A stretch of 64,000 nt of DNA from Ptychomitrium polyphyllum (taxonomy: Eukaryota), in NCBI GenBank assembly GCA_973851085.1, contig OZ316775.1:4774001-4838000 (forward strand). The letters are read 5' to 3'. This document shows positions 13,301-27,400 of the stretch, in pieces (position 1 is the first letter of the stretch; every line of letters begins with the position of its first letter). The position numbers were made by a program, and so were the translations under genes. The notes below the pieces were generated by a model. The model was not told the DNA's origin, did no database searches, and worked only from the letters and a program-made list of their open reading frames with translations.

Positions 13301-16300
13301 CGTACACAGCCTCCAAATTCTGACAAGAAGCCTACCGGATGTCCTCAAACCGCTGGCACACGCTCAGCAGGTCCGCTGTCTCGGGGACTCTGCTCAGAAG
13401 CTCCAACGCCTCCTTCGCCAGCCTGTCCCTCTCCTCTGCATCGGAGCTGCCCGCTGCCCTCTCCAGGCTCTCCACGGCTTGGTAAAACTGGTAGTCAGAT
13501 TCATTGTAGTAGCTCGGACACCCATCCCTCAGCTTCCTGCTCACGTCGTCCACTGTGCCTCTACCATCCGGTGCAACATAGTACTGCACACCACAACGCG
13601 CCATTCATTGGTCAGACACAAGCGGATCAATCTGCGACAGAGTAGCTGGTCCGCCACGTTGTTACCACTCGCCAGACCATGGACACGTACAGCACACTGC
13701 AGAGACAGACACAGAGAGACAGACAGACAGAGCACCCCAGATGTTTCCAGTACCTCCATCAGGGCAGCTACCAGCCGAGTCGCGATGAGCTCTCCGTCAC
13801 CAGAACAAACCAGTTGGTGGAAGGTCAGCTGGGCTAGCTGCCGCCGTTGAACCTGATCCAGACTCTGGGCCAACCGAGCCACGTGGTGCTGCTGGAGAAG
13901 CTGCAGAAGCCTCAGAGCCTCGCCTGACCTCCTCAACAGTCGTCGTATGCATTCCATACCTCGCACCTGCAAGCCACAACCAAAAGGACCATCAGAGTTC
14001 TAGGCAGCGAACCCTGAACCCTAAACCTGCCCAAAGGAGCGCACAACCCACCCACATAGAGTATGCTCTCGCCTAGTCGTCCAAGTCTAAAACTGAGCGC
14101 CCACGTGCAACGTTTGCGTGGGCACAACATGGAAATGTATTACATCACGTCATGTAGCCAACCTCCATTGCTGCAAGCTCCGCGGGACTCAGCTCCTTGT
14201 GCGGCAGACGTTGCCTCTTATTCGTTGATCCTGGAAGAGTGGCCCTTGCGGCCCTCGGTTGAGGCGTCTCGTAGGTGATCATCATCGGTGACCTCGACGG
14301 TATTTCTCCCCTCGCAAAACCATCCACGCCAAACGGGCTGCTATGCCTCTCGCCATACGCCGACATGTCGCCCACACCCATCACTCTACCGTAGTGGCCC
14401 CGCCTTTGGTTTCTGCGAGCCCGAAGAAACTGCTCCAGAGAACGGATCTTGTCTTCCAACGCCTGCATTGCTTCCACCGGCAGCCTGCACTCACCAACCA
14501 CAGACCAGGTGCTGCCACGATGTTCAGACCGCTCACGGGGCAAACAACGGGCGACGTCATCCAGCTCAACCAAACACGTCAGCCCATCAACACGCATGGC
14601 ACCCTACAACGGTGCGCCTACATCGACTCAATGCTCAAGGGCGATGCCACACCGCCAACGCAGGCAGAGAGAATACGGCTCGCATTCCCAGCAGTCCCGA
14701 CAGCAACCATGCCCACAGCACAAGATACGATCAAGCTGAGCTCCACGCGCCTGTACAGCAGCACGCGGATCTCTCTACCACACCTCATCAAACAGACTAC
14801 AGCACACCAGACGAGAATGACCGACCTGCAAGAAATGATGCCTCCGTCGCCATTGCTGTCGGCTCCAGCGTCCTTCCTCACGTCCATCACTGGAAGCTCC
14901 CACACGCACCGCAGCAACCGCGCCGCTGCCAGACACAGACCGTCGTGGGCTCCCGAGAACACGGGCTCCGCTTCTTGCACCACCTGACCCATATTGAACC
15001 CGCCCCCAGAAGACAGCCCGCTCGTGGCTGCACCTCCTCCTTGCATCTGAGGAACTCCCACCAACCTCGGATCCTCAAATGCCTCCGCTGCCCTGTCGGC
15101 TATGACCCCGGGAACAATGTCGTCCTCGTCGGACGTCAGCCTTGCAGCCAACAGCAAGCACATGGCCGCCGCCTCGCTGGCTCCATAGCGCTGGAAAAAA
15201 TCTTCCAGCACGTTGCGAAGGCTGTTCGACTCCAGAAGCTTCTGTAGCAGATCCACGGGCCGGTTGTATGCCAGTTCCATCAGACCCATCGTGCTCAGGA
15301 CTATCGACCTTCGCCGAGGAAGCACGTGTTGTGTGGCCAGCTCTCCTCGAGCCCACAATCGCCGAGCCCGAACCGTCTCGTCGCTGTACACCTGATTGCT
15401 CGCTGCTGCACTGCCTGGTTCGCAGACTGAAAACTCCACCGCCGCGGCCTGTTCTGGAGGGGGGAGAACGTCGGCTATGGCAAGAGCCCTGCCTTCCACG
15501 CCCAGTACCGTCACCATTTCCCGTAAGGACCGCATCGATCGCGAAGCTGAGCCCTGTCCGCCTATGGACACAGTGCTGCCAGTGGACAAGACCGGACCCG
15601 TCAGGTCCCGAGTGGCCACCAGCATGCGCGACAGCGTCGGTGGGGATGCGTCAGACAGAACCAGGACTCCGCTCGAACAATGCGCAGCTTCCGCCTTTAT
15701 CACGAACCCTCCCTCGGACTGCGTCCGCACGCCCAGGGGAGAGCTCCCGAAGGTGTTGATACCTCCTACCACGCCCACGGACGGAGCCGCCCGGGTGACT
15801 GCAACTCGAAGGACCGACGGCTTCTGGCCCCCTCCACCCGACGATCCGTTCACCCCCGTCATGCTGCTCCCGGTGGATGTGGAGGTCGACAGGTAGATCC
15901 TGCGCCCATCGGATGTGACAGCAACCAGGTGCAACCACTTTGACTCCACGCTTGATATTGGGGCGATGGACACAATGTTTGCCTTCGTCGCCCGTGCAGC
16001 GGCACGGTTCCCGACGCCTCGCCCACGCAAATCCCTCTGCTCACCCACGCGGCTCTCCTCTGCAACCTTCCTCGGCGCGCCCTCCCCATTCTTCCCCAGG
16101 TCGAACATCTGCAACTTCGACTCCTGGGTGCGGGTGTACAGGATGTTCCGCTCCTCGTCGACCACCACTTCCACGATCGCATCCACGGCGCCAAACTTCA
16201 GCGAATTTGGCACCACCCACCTGCATGCACCACCGCACGACGATCCCGTTCAGCACTGCTGCAGAAGGATCCACCATTCGTCCCACTCACGCACACGCTA

Positions 16301-17490
16301 ACTCAGCACTACGTAAGCCCCACCCCCACCATCTACCCACCATGGTCAACGAGATGCCGTGGGTGAAGAGAAAGCACCTAGACAGAAGGTTACCCAGACC
16401 CCCAGTATGGCACACCTTGCGGCACCGGCTCTGCCAGCCATTGCCCGTGGTGTAAATCAGCTCGTACAAGTGCCCGTCCCGACCTCCCAGAAAGATCCGT
16501 CCCGAATCGGTGTGGGTGATGCACGTCATCGTCACTCCATCTGTCGGTATCGTGTACTGAGGCAGAGGTTGGAGCGTCAGCTCCATGAACGGATCCCCTC
16601 CAACGCCGTTCCCGCTGCAGCACACGCCCAGCAGTACCAGCTGCATGCAAACAACCCGGATGTCAGTCTCCTGATCCCGCCATCCACTCGCTCAGACTCC
16701 ATCGCCTTGCCTCATGAAAACCTCTCAATACCTACACAAAAACAACCTGACTGCTGGATCCTGCCCAGTTCAGGTTCCAGAGCCTCGCCTCACCTCCACA
16801 GGAGTAGCCAGCACAATGATATGCTGAATGGCTTCAATGAACACGCCCGGCTTGGCCTTCACCAATCCAACGGCGCAGATCGCCTGCTCCTCTCCGCTGT
16901 ACTCGGGGCACTGCCCATCCCTGTCCCCCAAGGCCCGGGTTCAGTTCATGTGACACTCCTCACCACGAATACCACATCCCGTCCCAACAATGCCCTTGCA
17001 AACGAATCGTCCCGAAAACCACCCCTCCCCACACAACACGTACAGACGACCCTCTTCCAAAACATGAGCCGCGCCAACACCTGATACAGTGCCACGAGTC
17101 AACCCGCGCAACTCGACCGCTCAACACGAGCATCCACAAACAGTGAACTGAACGGAGACGCAACAGAACCCCATCATCGGCCAATGCATCTGCCCGCCCC
17201 CCCTTGCCAGAACAGTGGACAATCTGACCAAACCATGCCAATGCCCCCAAAACCGCAAATACGGCTCTGCATCCTCGGAAGACTGACTGAGGCCAGGTTT
17301 GATATGCTTCCCACTCTTACCACTTGTCAAATCGCCACAGGAAAAGAGTGTCGTCCACCGTGGCCCAAGCTCGACGAATCTCCGGAAAGATGCCGCAAAG
17401 GGCCGTACCCTGCCCGCCGGCTGCATTGTAGCGCTCGATCAGGACTGGTGGAAGTTCCCTCGAGTTTATGACATCGACAAACGGTGGCCA
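10383..17490 (-). CDS. NUP155: Nuclear pore complex protein Nup155 (copy 1), multi-exon; 5' end uncertain (possible first exon 18294-18130)
   Basis: Exons encode WPPFVDVINSRELPPVLIERYNAAGGQGTALCGIFPEIRRAWATVDDTLFLWRFDKW, DGQCPEYSGEEQAICAVGL, GRIFLGGRDGHLYELIY, RGELATQHVLPRR, ELKSITQLYNDYA and end RYMTEVRRI..ELEEILQG-TAG (stop 10383-10385); these match plant Nup155. Confidence 0.93.
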
Positions 17491-18399
17491 CTGCACACAA
17501 CGCCCACACCGAGAGCACCAAACTTAGCAACACTCCAACCCTAGTGGATTCAGGTCCACAGAGACAACTCCGGACGGAGAAGAGATCCAACCGAACCGAA
17601 TCATTCTCATAACGCACTCGCCCTACACGCCCAACGCGGCCCACTTTCCATCAGCTATCCCGATCATCCGACACGACACTTTCAGCTTCGGCGTTCTTGG
17701 TCAGGCCACCACTCTGGAGCCCCGGACACCCAAGACGCCACCGCTGCGGCCAAAACAACCCAGTTTCCACTTAACCATGCTATTCACGGCAAACGCAGGG
17801 ATTGCTCCAAAACTGAAGCTCCATCCAAAGCTACAGACTGTCTCTTCAAGGTCGACACCGCCTGTGCCGTGCCAACGACCAACGGCCTGTGACAGAGGGA
17901 CCATACACGGACATGGCCAACGGTGCCGGCTGACACCCCAGGGTGCATTTCACAGTCACCTCCGGCATGCACGCATCGACCAGCACAATGCCTCGCCATC
18001 ACCGATGAACGACTCCTCACAAAGAACCCAAACAAGTTCGCCTGCCGATTCTGACCACGTCGGGTGTGGCAGGAGGTCGTGCGCACCGACGCGAACGGAG
18101 GTCACACACCGTGGTCGCCCTACTCTCACCCGACGGAGATTGCACGGGAAACACCTCAACATCGTCTGCAATTGTCCCACTGTATCCGGCACACTGTAAC
18201 TTTGACCTAGAGCGCTTCCCAGTTCCGTCCCACGGCCTCCATATGCCGCCACGGCCACGCGCACCATCGAGGAGCCCCGAACACCCGTCGCCATTGTCTG
18301 GGGGTTTGCATGGCCCCGGGAATCAACACGCAAGTGAAACACATAACTTTCGGAAACTGAATGCGCGATGTCCCGTTTTGCAGCAATTACGGCCCCTGG

Positions 18400-18499
18400 N
18401 NNNNNNNNNNNNNNNNNNNNNNNNNNNNNNNNNNNNNNNNNNNNNNNNNNNNNNNNNNNNNNNNNNNNNNNNNNNNNNNNNNNNNNNNNNNNNNNNNNN
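18400..18499. other. Assembly gap (100 N) at the palindrome centre
   Basis: Run of N; the round length suggests a placeholder of unknown true size. Confidence 0.99.
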
Positions 18500-21400
18500 G
18501 TTGTTTTGGCCGCAGCGGTGGCGTCTTGGGTGTCCGGGGCTCCAGAGTGGTGGCCTGACCAAGAACGCCGAAGCTGAAAGTGTCGTGTCGGATGATCGGG
18601 ATAGCTGATGGAAAGTGGGCCGCGTTGGGCGTGTAGGGCGAGTGCGTTATGAGAATGATTCGGTTCGGTTGGATCTCTTCTCCGTCCGGAGTTGTCTCTG
18701 TGGACCTGAATCCACTAGGGTTGGAGTGTTGCTAAGTTTGGTGCTCTCGGTGTGGGCGTTGTGTGCAGTGGCCACCGTTTGTCGATGTCATAAACTCGAG
18801 GGAACTTCCACCAGTCCTGATCGAGCGCTACAATGCAGCCGGCGGGCAGGGTACGGCCCTTTGCGGCATCTTTCCGGAGATTCGTCGAGCTTGGGCCACG
18901 GTGGACGACACTCTTTTCCTGTGGCGATTTGACAAGTGGTAAGAGTGGGAAGCATATCAAACCTGGCCTCAGTCAGTCTTCCGAGGATGCAGAGCCGTAT
19001 TTGCGGTTTTGGGGGCATTGGCATGGTTTGGTCAGATTGTCCACTGTTCTGGCAAGGGGGGGCGGGCAGATGCATTGGCCGATGATGGGGTTCTGTTGCG
19101 TCTCCGTTCAGTTCACTGTTTGTGGATGCTCGTGTTGAGCGGTCGAGTTGCGCGGGTTGACTCGTGGCACTGTATCAGGTGTTGGCGCGGCTCATGTTTT
19201 GGAAGAGGGTCGTCTGTACGTGTTGTGTGGGGAGGGGTGGTTTTCGGGACGATTCGTTTGCAAGGGCATTGTTGGGACGGGATGTGGTATTCGTGGTGAG
19301 GAGTGTCACATGAACTGAACCCGGGCCTTGGGGGACAGGGATGGGCAGTGCCCCGAGTACAGCGGAGAGGAGCAGGCGATCTGCGCCGTTGGATTGGTGA
19401 AGGCCAAGCCGGGCGTGTTCATTGAAGCCATTCAGCATATCATTGTGCTGGCTACTCCTGTGGAGGTGAGGCGAGGCTCTGGAACCTGAACTGGGCAGGA
19501 TCCAGCAGTCAGGTTGTTTTTGTGTAGGTATTGAGAGGTTTTCATGAGGCAAGGCGATGGAGTCTGAGCGAGTGGATGGCGGGATCAGGAGACTGACATC
19601 CGGGTTGTTTGCATGCAGCTGGTACTGCTGGGCGTGTGCTGCAGCGGGAACGGCGTTGGAGGGGATCCGTTCATGGAGCTGACGCTCCAACCTCTGCCTC
19701 AGTACACGATACCGACAGATGGAGTGACGATGACGTGCATCACCCACACCGATTCGGGACGGATCTTTCTGGGAGGTCGGGACGGGCACTTGTACGAGCT
19801 GATTTACACCACGGGCAATGGCTGGCAGAGCCGGTGCCGCAAGGTGTGCCATACTGGGGGTCTGGGTAACCTTCTGTCTAGGTGCTTTCTCTTCACCCAC
19901 GGCATCTCGTTGACCATGGTGGGTAGATGGTGGGGGTGGGGCTTACGTAGTGCTGAGTTAGCGTGTGCGTGAGTGGGACGAATGGTGGATCCTTCTGCAG
20001 CAGTGCTGAACGGGATCGTCGTGCGGTGGTGCATGCAGGTGGGTGGTGCCAAATTCGCTGAAGTTTGGCGCCGTGGATGCGATCGTGGAAGTGGTGGTCG
20101 ACGAGGAGCGGAACATCCTGTACACCCGCACCCAGGAGTCGAAGTTGCAGATGTTCGACCTGGGGAAGAATGGGGAGGGCGCGCCGAGGAAGGTTGCAGA
20201 GGAGAGCCGCGTGGGTGAGCAGAGGGATTTGCGTGGGCGAGGCGTCGGGAACCGTGCCGCTGCACGGGCGACGAAGGCAAACATTGTGTCCATCGCCCCA
20301 ATATCAAGCGTGGAGTCAAAGTGGTTGCACCTGGTTGCTGTCACATCCGATGGGCGCAGGATCTACCTGTCGACCTCCACATCCACCGGGAGCAGCATGA
20401 CGGGGGTGAACGGATCGTCGGGTGGAGGGGGCCAGAAGCCGTCGGTCCTTCGAGTTGCAGTCACCCGGGCGGCTCCGTCCGTGGGCGTGGTAGGAGGTAT
20501 CAACACCTTCGGGAGCTCTCCCCTGGGCGTGCGGACGCAGTCCGAGGGAGGGTTCGTGATAAAGGCGGAAGCTGCGCATTGTTCGAGCGGAGTCCTGGTC
20601 CTGTCTGACGCATCCCCACCGACGCTGTCGCGCATGCTGGTGGCCACTCGGGACCTGACGGGTCCGGTCTTGTCCACTGGCAGCACTGTGTCCATAGGCG
20701 GACAGGGCTCAGCTTCGCGATCGATGCGGTCCTTACGGGAAATGGTGACGGTACTGGGCGTGGAAGGCAGGGCTCTTGCCATAGCCGACGTTCTCCCCCC
20801 TCCAGAACAGGCCGCGGCGGTGGAGTTTTCAGTCTGCGAACCAGGCAGTGCAGCAGCGAGCAATCAGGTGTACAGCGACGAGACGGTTCGGGCTCGGCGA
20901 TTGTGGGCTCGAGGAGAGCTGGCCACACAACACGTGCTTCCTCGGCGAAGGTCGATAGTCCTGAGCACGATGGGTCTGATGGAACTGGCATACAACCGGC
21001 CCGTGGATCTGCTACAGAAGCTTCTGGAGTCGAACAGCCTTCGCAACGTGCTGGAAGATTTTTTCCAGCGCTATGGAGCCAGCGAGGCGGCGGCCATGTG
21101 CTTGCTGTTGGCTGCAAGGCTGACGTCCGACGAGGACGACATTGTTCCCGGGGTCATAGCCGACAGGGCAGCGGAGGCATTTGAGGATCCGAGGTTGGTG
21201 GGAGTTCCTCAGATGCAAGGAGGAGGTGCAGCCACGAGCGGGCTGTCTTCTGGGGGCGGGTTCAATATGGGTCAGGTGGTGCAAGAAGCGGAGCCCGTGT
21301 TCTCGGGAGCCCACGACGGTCTGTGTCTGGCAGCGGCGCGGTTGCTGCGGTGCGTGTGGGAGCTTCCAGTGATGGACGTGAGGAAGGACGCTGGAGCCGA

Positions 21401-24400
21401 CAGCAATGGCGACGGAGGCATCATTTCTTGCAGGTCGGTCATTCTCGTCTGGTGTGCTGTAGTCTGTTTGATGAGGTGTGGTAGAGAGATCCGCGTGCTG
21501 CTGTACAGGCGCGTGGAGCTCAGCTTGATCGTATCTTGTGCTGTGGGCATGGTTGCTGTCGGGACTGCTGGGAATGCGAGCCGTATTCTCTCTGCCTGCG
21601 TTGGCGGTGTGGCATCGCCCTTGAGCATTGAGTCGATGTAGGCGCACCGTTGTAGGGTGCCATGCGTGTTGATGGGCTGACGTGTTTGGTTGAGCTGGAT
21701 GACGTCGCCCGTTGTTTGCCCCGTGAGCGGTCTGAACATCGTGGCAGCACCTGGTCTGTGGTTGGTGAGTGCAGGCTGCCGGTGGAAGCAATGCAGGCGT
21801 TGGAAGACAAGATCCGTTCTCTGGAGCAGTTTCTTCGGGCTCGCAGAAACCAAAGGCGGGGCCACTACGGTAGAGTGATGGGTGTGGGCGACATGTCGGC
21901 GTATGGCGAGAGGCATAGCAGCCCGTTTGGCGTGGATGGTTTTGCGAGGGGAGAAATACCGTCGAGGTCACCGATGATGATCACCTACGAGACGCCTCAA
22001 CCGAGGGCCGCAAGGGCCACTCTTCCAGGATCAACGAATAAGAGGCAACGTCTGCCGCACAAGGAGCTGAGTCCCGCGGAGCTTGCAGCAATGGAGGTTG
22101 GCTACATGACGTGATGTAATACATTTCCATGTTGTGCCCACGCAAACGTTGCACGTGGGCGCTCAGTTTTAGACTTGGACGACTAGGCGAGAGCATACTC
22201 TATGTGGGTGGGTTGTGCGCTCCTTTGGGCAGGTTTAGGGTTCAGGGTTCGCTGCCTAGAACTCTGATGGTCCTTTTGGTTGTGGCTTGCAGGTGCGAGG
22301 TATGGAATGCATACGACGACTGTTGAGGAGGTCAGGCGAGGCTCTGAGGCTTCTGCAGCTTCTCCAGCAGCACCACGTGGCTCGGTTGGCCCAGAGTCTG
22401 GATCAGGTTCAACGGCGGCAGCTAGCCCAGCTGACCTTCCACCAACTGGTTTGTTCTGGTGACGGAGAGCTCATCGCGACTCGGCTGGTAGCTGCCCTGA
22501 TGGAGGTACTGGAAACATCTGGGGTGCTCTGTCTGTCTGTCTCTCTGTGTCTGTCTCTGCAGTGTGCTGTACGTGTCCATGGTCTGGCGAGTGGTAACAA
22601 CGTGGCGGACCAGCTACTCTGTCGCAGATTGATCCGCTTGTGTCTGACCAATGAATGGCGCGTTGTGGTGTGCAGTACTATGTTGCACCGGATGGTAGAG
22701 GCACAGTGGACGACGTGAGCAGGAAGCTGAGGGATGGGTGTCCGAGCTACTACAATGAATCTGACTACCAGTTTTACCAAGCCGTGGAGAGCCTGGAGAG
22801 GGCAGCGGGCAGCTCCGATGCAGAGGAGAGGGACAGGCTGGCGAAGGAGGCGTTGGAGCTTCTGAGCAGAGTCCCCGAGACAGCGGACCTGCTGAGCGTG
22901 TGCCAGCGGTTTGAGGACATCCGGTAGGCTTCTTGTCAGAATTTGGAGGCTGTGTACGAGAAGCGTCGATGTCCGTGGGCTTCAGTTGGAGCGGCCCTTT
23001 GTGGCGCAGTAGAATAGGCGGCGAGATGAGTGACCGGCGAGTGCCGTAGGTGGATGTGGGAGTGGGGCAGTCGGCATGCCGACCAGCCCAGTCGACGTAG
23101 TACTGTGGTGTGGGTCCTGTATTCCGTTCTGGGGGTTGCTGTGGAGGCGAAGGAGAAAGTGCTGTCGGCTGATGGGATGTTTATGCTGTGTTGCTGCAGA
23201 TTCTACGAGGCTGTGGTGGAGCTGCCATTGAGAAAAGCTCGTGCGGTGGACCCATCCGAGGATGCGTTCAACGGGAGCATCGACGAGGGGAGGCGTCAGT
23301 CGGCGTCGGCAGCTCGACGACAGTGCTACGACGTGGTGACGAACGCGCTCCGGTCCCTGAAGGGCCAGGCGACCGCAGATACTGGGAACACGAAGATTTC
23401 ATTCTCCGGGTCGGCCCCCGGTGCGAGGTTGCTGCTGGACGAAGCGGCGCGGGAGAGCTATATTCGGCAGATCGTGCAGCTGAGCGTGCGATGGCCAGAC
23501 AACGCTTTCCACGAATGCTTGTACCAGACCATGATCGAACTGGGGCTGACGCAGGAGCTTCTGGACCTGGGGGGGCCCGACTTGGTCACTTTCTTACAGA
23601 ATGCGGGCAATTACCAGACCACAAAGGTATGGATCGCTCTGGTCACTCATCAAGGAGCCCTTTTTTTTCACCAGTGGTAGACGAAGGGTGGAATGGCTTC
23701 TGTGCGGATTGGCGACAGAGTTGCGGAGGTTGCTTGGTACATAGAGTTCCGGTGTGGTGGTGTCGATAATGGTGCTCTTGTCCTCTGGACGATGTCCTGA
23801 CGCTGGGATTTTGTGCACTTCAGGCAAGTCAGGTGACCAGCGGGGCATTCAAGTCGCCGATGCCTTCAACGACACCAAATAACAGTCGGTTGCGGCAGCC
23901 GATTTCAGGGGAGCAGGCCAAGTACCTGGAACTGTTGTCGCGTTTGTATGTTCACAGGCGGCAGCACGCGCAGGCCGCGCATGTATTGCTGCGGCTGGCA
24001 GAGCGCAGACAACCAGAGGGCGCCTTGGAGATCACGCTGGATCAGAGGTAGGCTATCCCGTGTTGCATCGGGCACATTTGAATTTTGAACTCGAAGTATC
24101 GCCCAACGTGTTGTTGCCGTTGCGTTGGTGTGGTAACATGGACCCCGGGGATGTGCGGTGTGCAGGTACGAGTACCTGAGCAATGCAGTGCTGCAAGCAC
24201 GGAGTGGAAGCAGGGCTCCCGGCGGTCTGGGTCTGTCGTCGGAGCTTTCCGACAGCGGTCTGATGGAGCTTCTGGAAGGCAAGCTGGCTGTCCTGCGGTT
24301 CCAGCTGAAGATCAAAGAAGCGCTGGACCGTGTGGCATCCGGAGGTGCCGGTGACCAAGGAGGAAACATGCCAATGGAGGAGGACGGGTTCCCGTTTTCG

Positions 24401-27400
24401 AGGGCGTTTCCGGGAGTGTTTGTGGACGAGAGCAGGGCTCACGCTGCACGAGAGAAGTCGGAGGAGCTGAGTACCGAGTTGAAGAGCATCACGCAACTAT
24501 ACAACGACTATGCATGTCGATTTGAGCTGTGGGAGGTGAGTCAGTTGCGCCCTCGTTCATGTCTCCTACGGTCAGGATTGACTGGACGTGTTGTACAGCC
24601 CGGGTGGGGGGGTTTGGAGTGTATGCGCTGCTCGGTTCCTGGGAACCTGTGCCGACCTGGTGTTGTGCCCGCTGTTCTGACACCAAAGCCGGCCGATTGT
24701 GAGTAATGTAAGGGATGAGAGGGGCGGGCGTGTTGTGGAATCGGGTACCTGGATACCTTCGTCGCACCAGTCTCATTCCTGGAGCACGGTCGTCCGTCTG
24801 CAAGGAGGTTCACGCACGGACTTGACAGCGTTTCACTGGTCGTGCTTGCAGATCTGCCTGGAAATCCTGCATTTTTCAAACTACAGCGGAGATGCGGAGA
24901 ACAGCGTGATGCGAGAAACGTGGACGCGTCTGCTCGACCAGGCTCTGGCAGTGGGCGGGGTAGGGGAGGCGTGCTCCGTGGTACGAAGAGTGGGCCCTCT
25001 GCTGTACCCCGGGGACGGAGGGAGCATGCCCCTGCACACTATCTGCCTCCATCTGGAGACCGCCGCTCATGTACTGGATCGCTGAAACCCCCAACCTCAT
25101 TGGACGATGTTTCTGGTGTCTGGTCGAGTGTGGCGTCGGGTGCAAATTGGAATGGGAATGGGGTGCATGGGCAGTGACACGTTTTGGGTGGACTGTGATG
25201 TTGACACAGGATAAAATGAGGGCGGGAACAGAGGTGGTAGGGGACGAAGACATCCCTCGCGCGTTGCTGGCCGCGTGCAAAGGTGCTGCGGAGCCCGTAC
25301 AGAGGAACTACGATCGGGTGTTGGCAAGCGGGGCAATACTACCAAAGCCGTCTCTGCGTCTTCGGATACTCCGGTCCGTACTGACTGTGATGCGGGAATG
25401 GGCGATGGCCGTGCTGTCGACGGGCATGGGGTCCAGCATAGCCGGCAGGTCGCTGTTGTTTGGAGGTGCCGCACAGGCCCTGAGCAACCAAGGCATGCGC
25501 GACAAGCTGGCGAGCACAGCCAACAGGTGCGTGTGGGCGCGGTGTTCCTGTGGTGTTGTGGTCGCATGCTTGTATGGTGGTTTTGGTATCGAGGCTCCAG
25601 AGGGAGGGGTGTGGTACAGCCTTGTGTTGCGGTGCGTGGGCGTGAGTCGTGGAGGGGGACGAACCTGCGGGAGTTTCAGTGTTGTTACTTGCGCCTTGCG
25701 GACTTGGGCAGGGCTTTCTGGAATGGTCGATACCAGAGGGTGGATCAGTCAAGTAACAGACGGTGTTGGGTGGGAACAGGTACATGACAGAAGTGCGGCG
25801 CATAGCGATGCCGCCTGGAGATGTGGAGCCGGTACTGCACGGGTTCAGGGAGCTGGAGGAGATCCTGCAAGGCTAGAGTGGCGATGCGGAGTGCCGAGAA
25901 CCTGCTGGGCACACCGGCCACTGGGCCTATGTTCACTGTACATTCTTTGAGATCATGGCATGACAATAGGTGGGGAGTCTCTCCGACCGTTGGAAAGCCG
26001 GGGCAGGCCGAGTTGCTGCAGCAGCGACGGTGACGGTATGCATCGGCAAGAAATTTTGGTTTAGAGATTGCAGGGAGATCGAGCGTGTGGGAATCAGTCC
26101 AGATTAGGCCGGGTCTCTTGTGGGGCACCAGTGGTGGTGTTGAGTCGTTGTAACATTATTTGTGCAGTCTCCTTGAAGTGGTTACCGGGTGCGGGTCCCC
26201 TCCCCCTCAGTCGTTTACTATATCACGGTGCGTTTCCTGGGAACAGCAGGTTTCGATTTTGGTGTACCTTTGTTTTCTCTGCAACCCACCCATCAGCTTA
26301 ATTGTTTGTGGCGGGCTTGAAGGTGAATGGTTTATTGCAAGAAAATGGTGGATGCAATCTTTTTGCTGTTGCTAGAGCCTGTGGAGGTTCTTGCGGTTGG
26401 ATTTGTCTGCTTAAATTGGTGTGGTTCTTCGTTGTGCTTGAGAAGTGCACTTGAAGCTTCTTGTTACAAGGTTGCAATATCTTTCTGTTGCGTTGTGCCA
26501 CCTCGTCCTGGGCGTTGCGGTTTGTGACGTTGGTGTTTCTGTAGTTCCATGAGATTTTGGTTCGGGCCTCAGTCTAGGTTCATTGAGTTTGGGAGTTGTT
26601 TTCCTGATTTAAGAATATGAATTTGTGGGCGTCATGTGGGGTTTGTATTTTATCTGTTTTCTTCATAGAGTTGATTAGCTGTTTCGAAAGGCGAGCTTGG
26701 GTCCAGAGTTCGCCAGATGGAAGTGGGCGGTTGGAATGGGAGAGTTGCTCTCATGTAGGAGTTCTATAACATTCACGAGCAGTTGGGGTGGGTCACCCTC
26801 GAGGCAGCAACACTCATAACGGTGACTGTAAGGCAACTGAACATGGTCACTCGCAACAAATCACAATTTTGTTTATTGAATCATACCCACATGAGGGAAA
26901 GGACATTTGATTAAACTCTCGAATGTATCATTAGGACAGCGTGTGAAAAAGTTACAAATGTCCTTTCCCTCATATGTGAAAAAGAATTGGGCTACCAGGT
27001 TTGCTAAAACTAAGCAACGTTATGTACGGTAAGAATGATGCCATGCACGTAGATGATAGCCACCATGGGTAATGGTCTGAAGTTGCATATGAAGTATAAC
27101 AATACATCTCTTTGACAAGCTTTGTTAGAATTTGCATACATCACTTGAATCAAGGATTTTGTGTCCGCCTTAAAAGAGCCAATGAGGACAATAAATTGAC
27201 TCCAATTTTTGTGACAAAGGAACTGTTACTTATTTGAATGAAGATTGGTAAATTTTAGATGAAAGATTATTTGTTGCCAATCTTATTACACTCAAATGTT
27301 ATTAGTTGCTAATGTGGCTGGAATTTGAATTGTAAGGTAGTTTATAGTATGAGTTATTCAATGATACACCTACTCATGTTGCAAAAAAACTTGAAGAGAA

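Larger units (their letters stand above)
6550..17759. repeat. Left arm of large inverted repeat (palindrome)
   Basis: Positions 8266-17759 mirror 18500-27993 (x + y = 36259; the ORF track is mirrored). Positions ~6965-8252 mirror 41475-42761, and ~6550-6965 mirror 43928-44357 with more divergence. Confidence 0.95.

Noticed and set aside
18066..18608. ORFs containing X runs
   Set aside because: Artefacts of translating through the N gap.
9732..26527. Dozens of overlapping and antisense ORFs (60-320 aa) across the Nup155 copies
   Set aside because: Expected from high GC and few stop codons; they overlap Nup155 exons and introns in other frames and show no recognisable domains.
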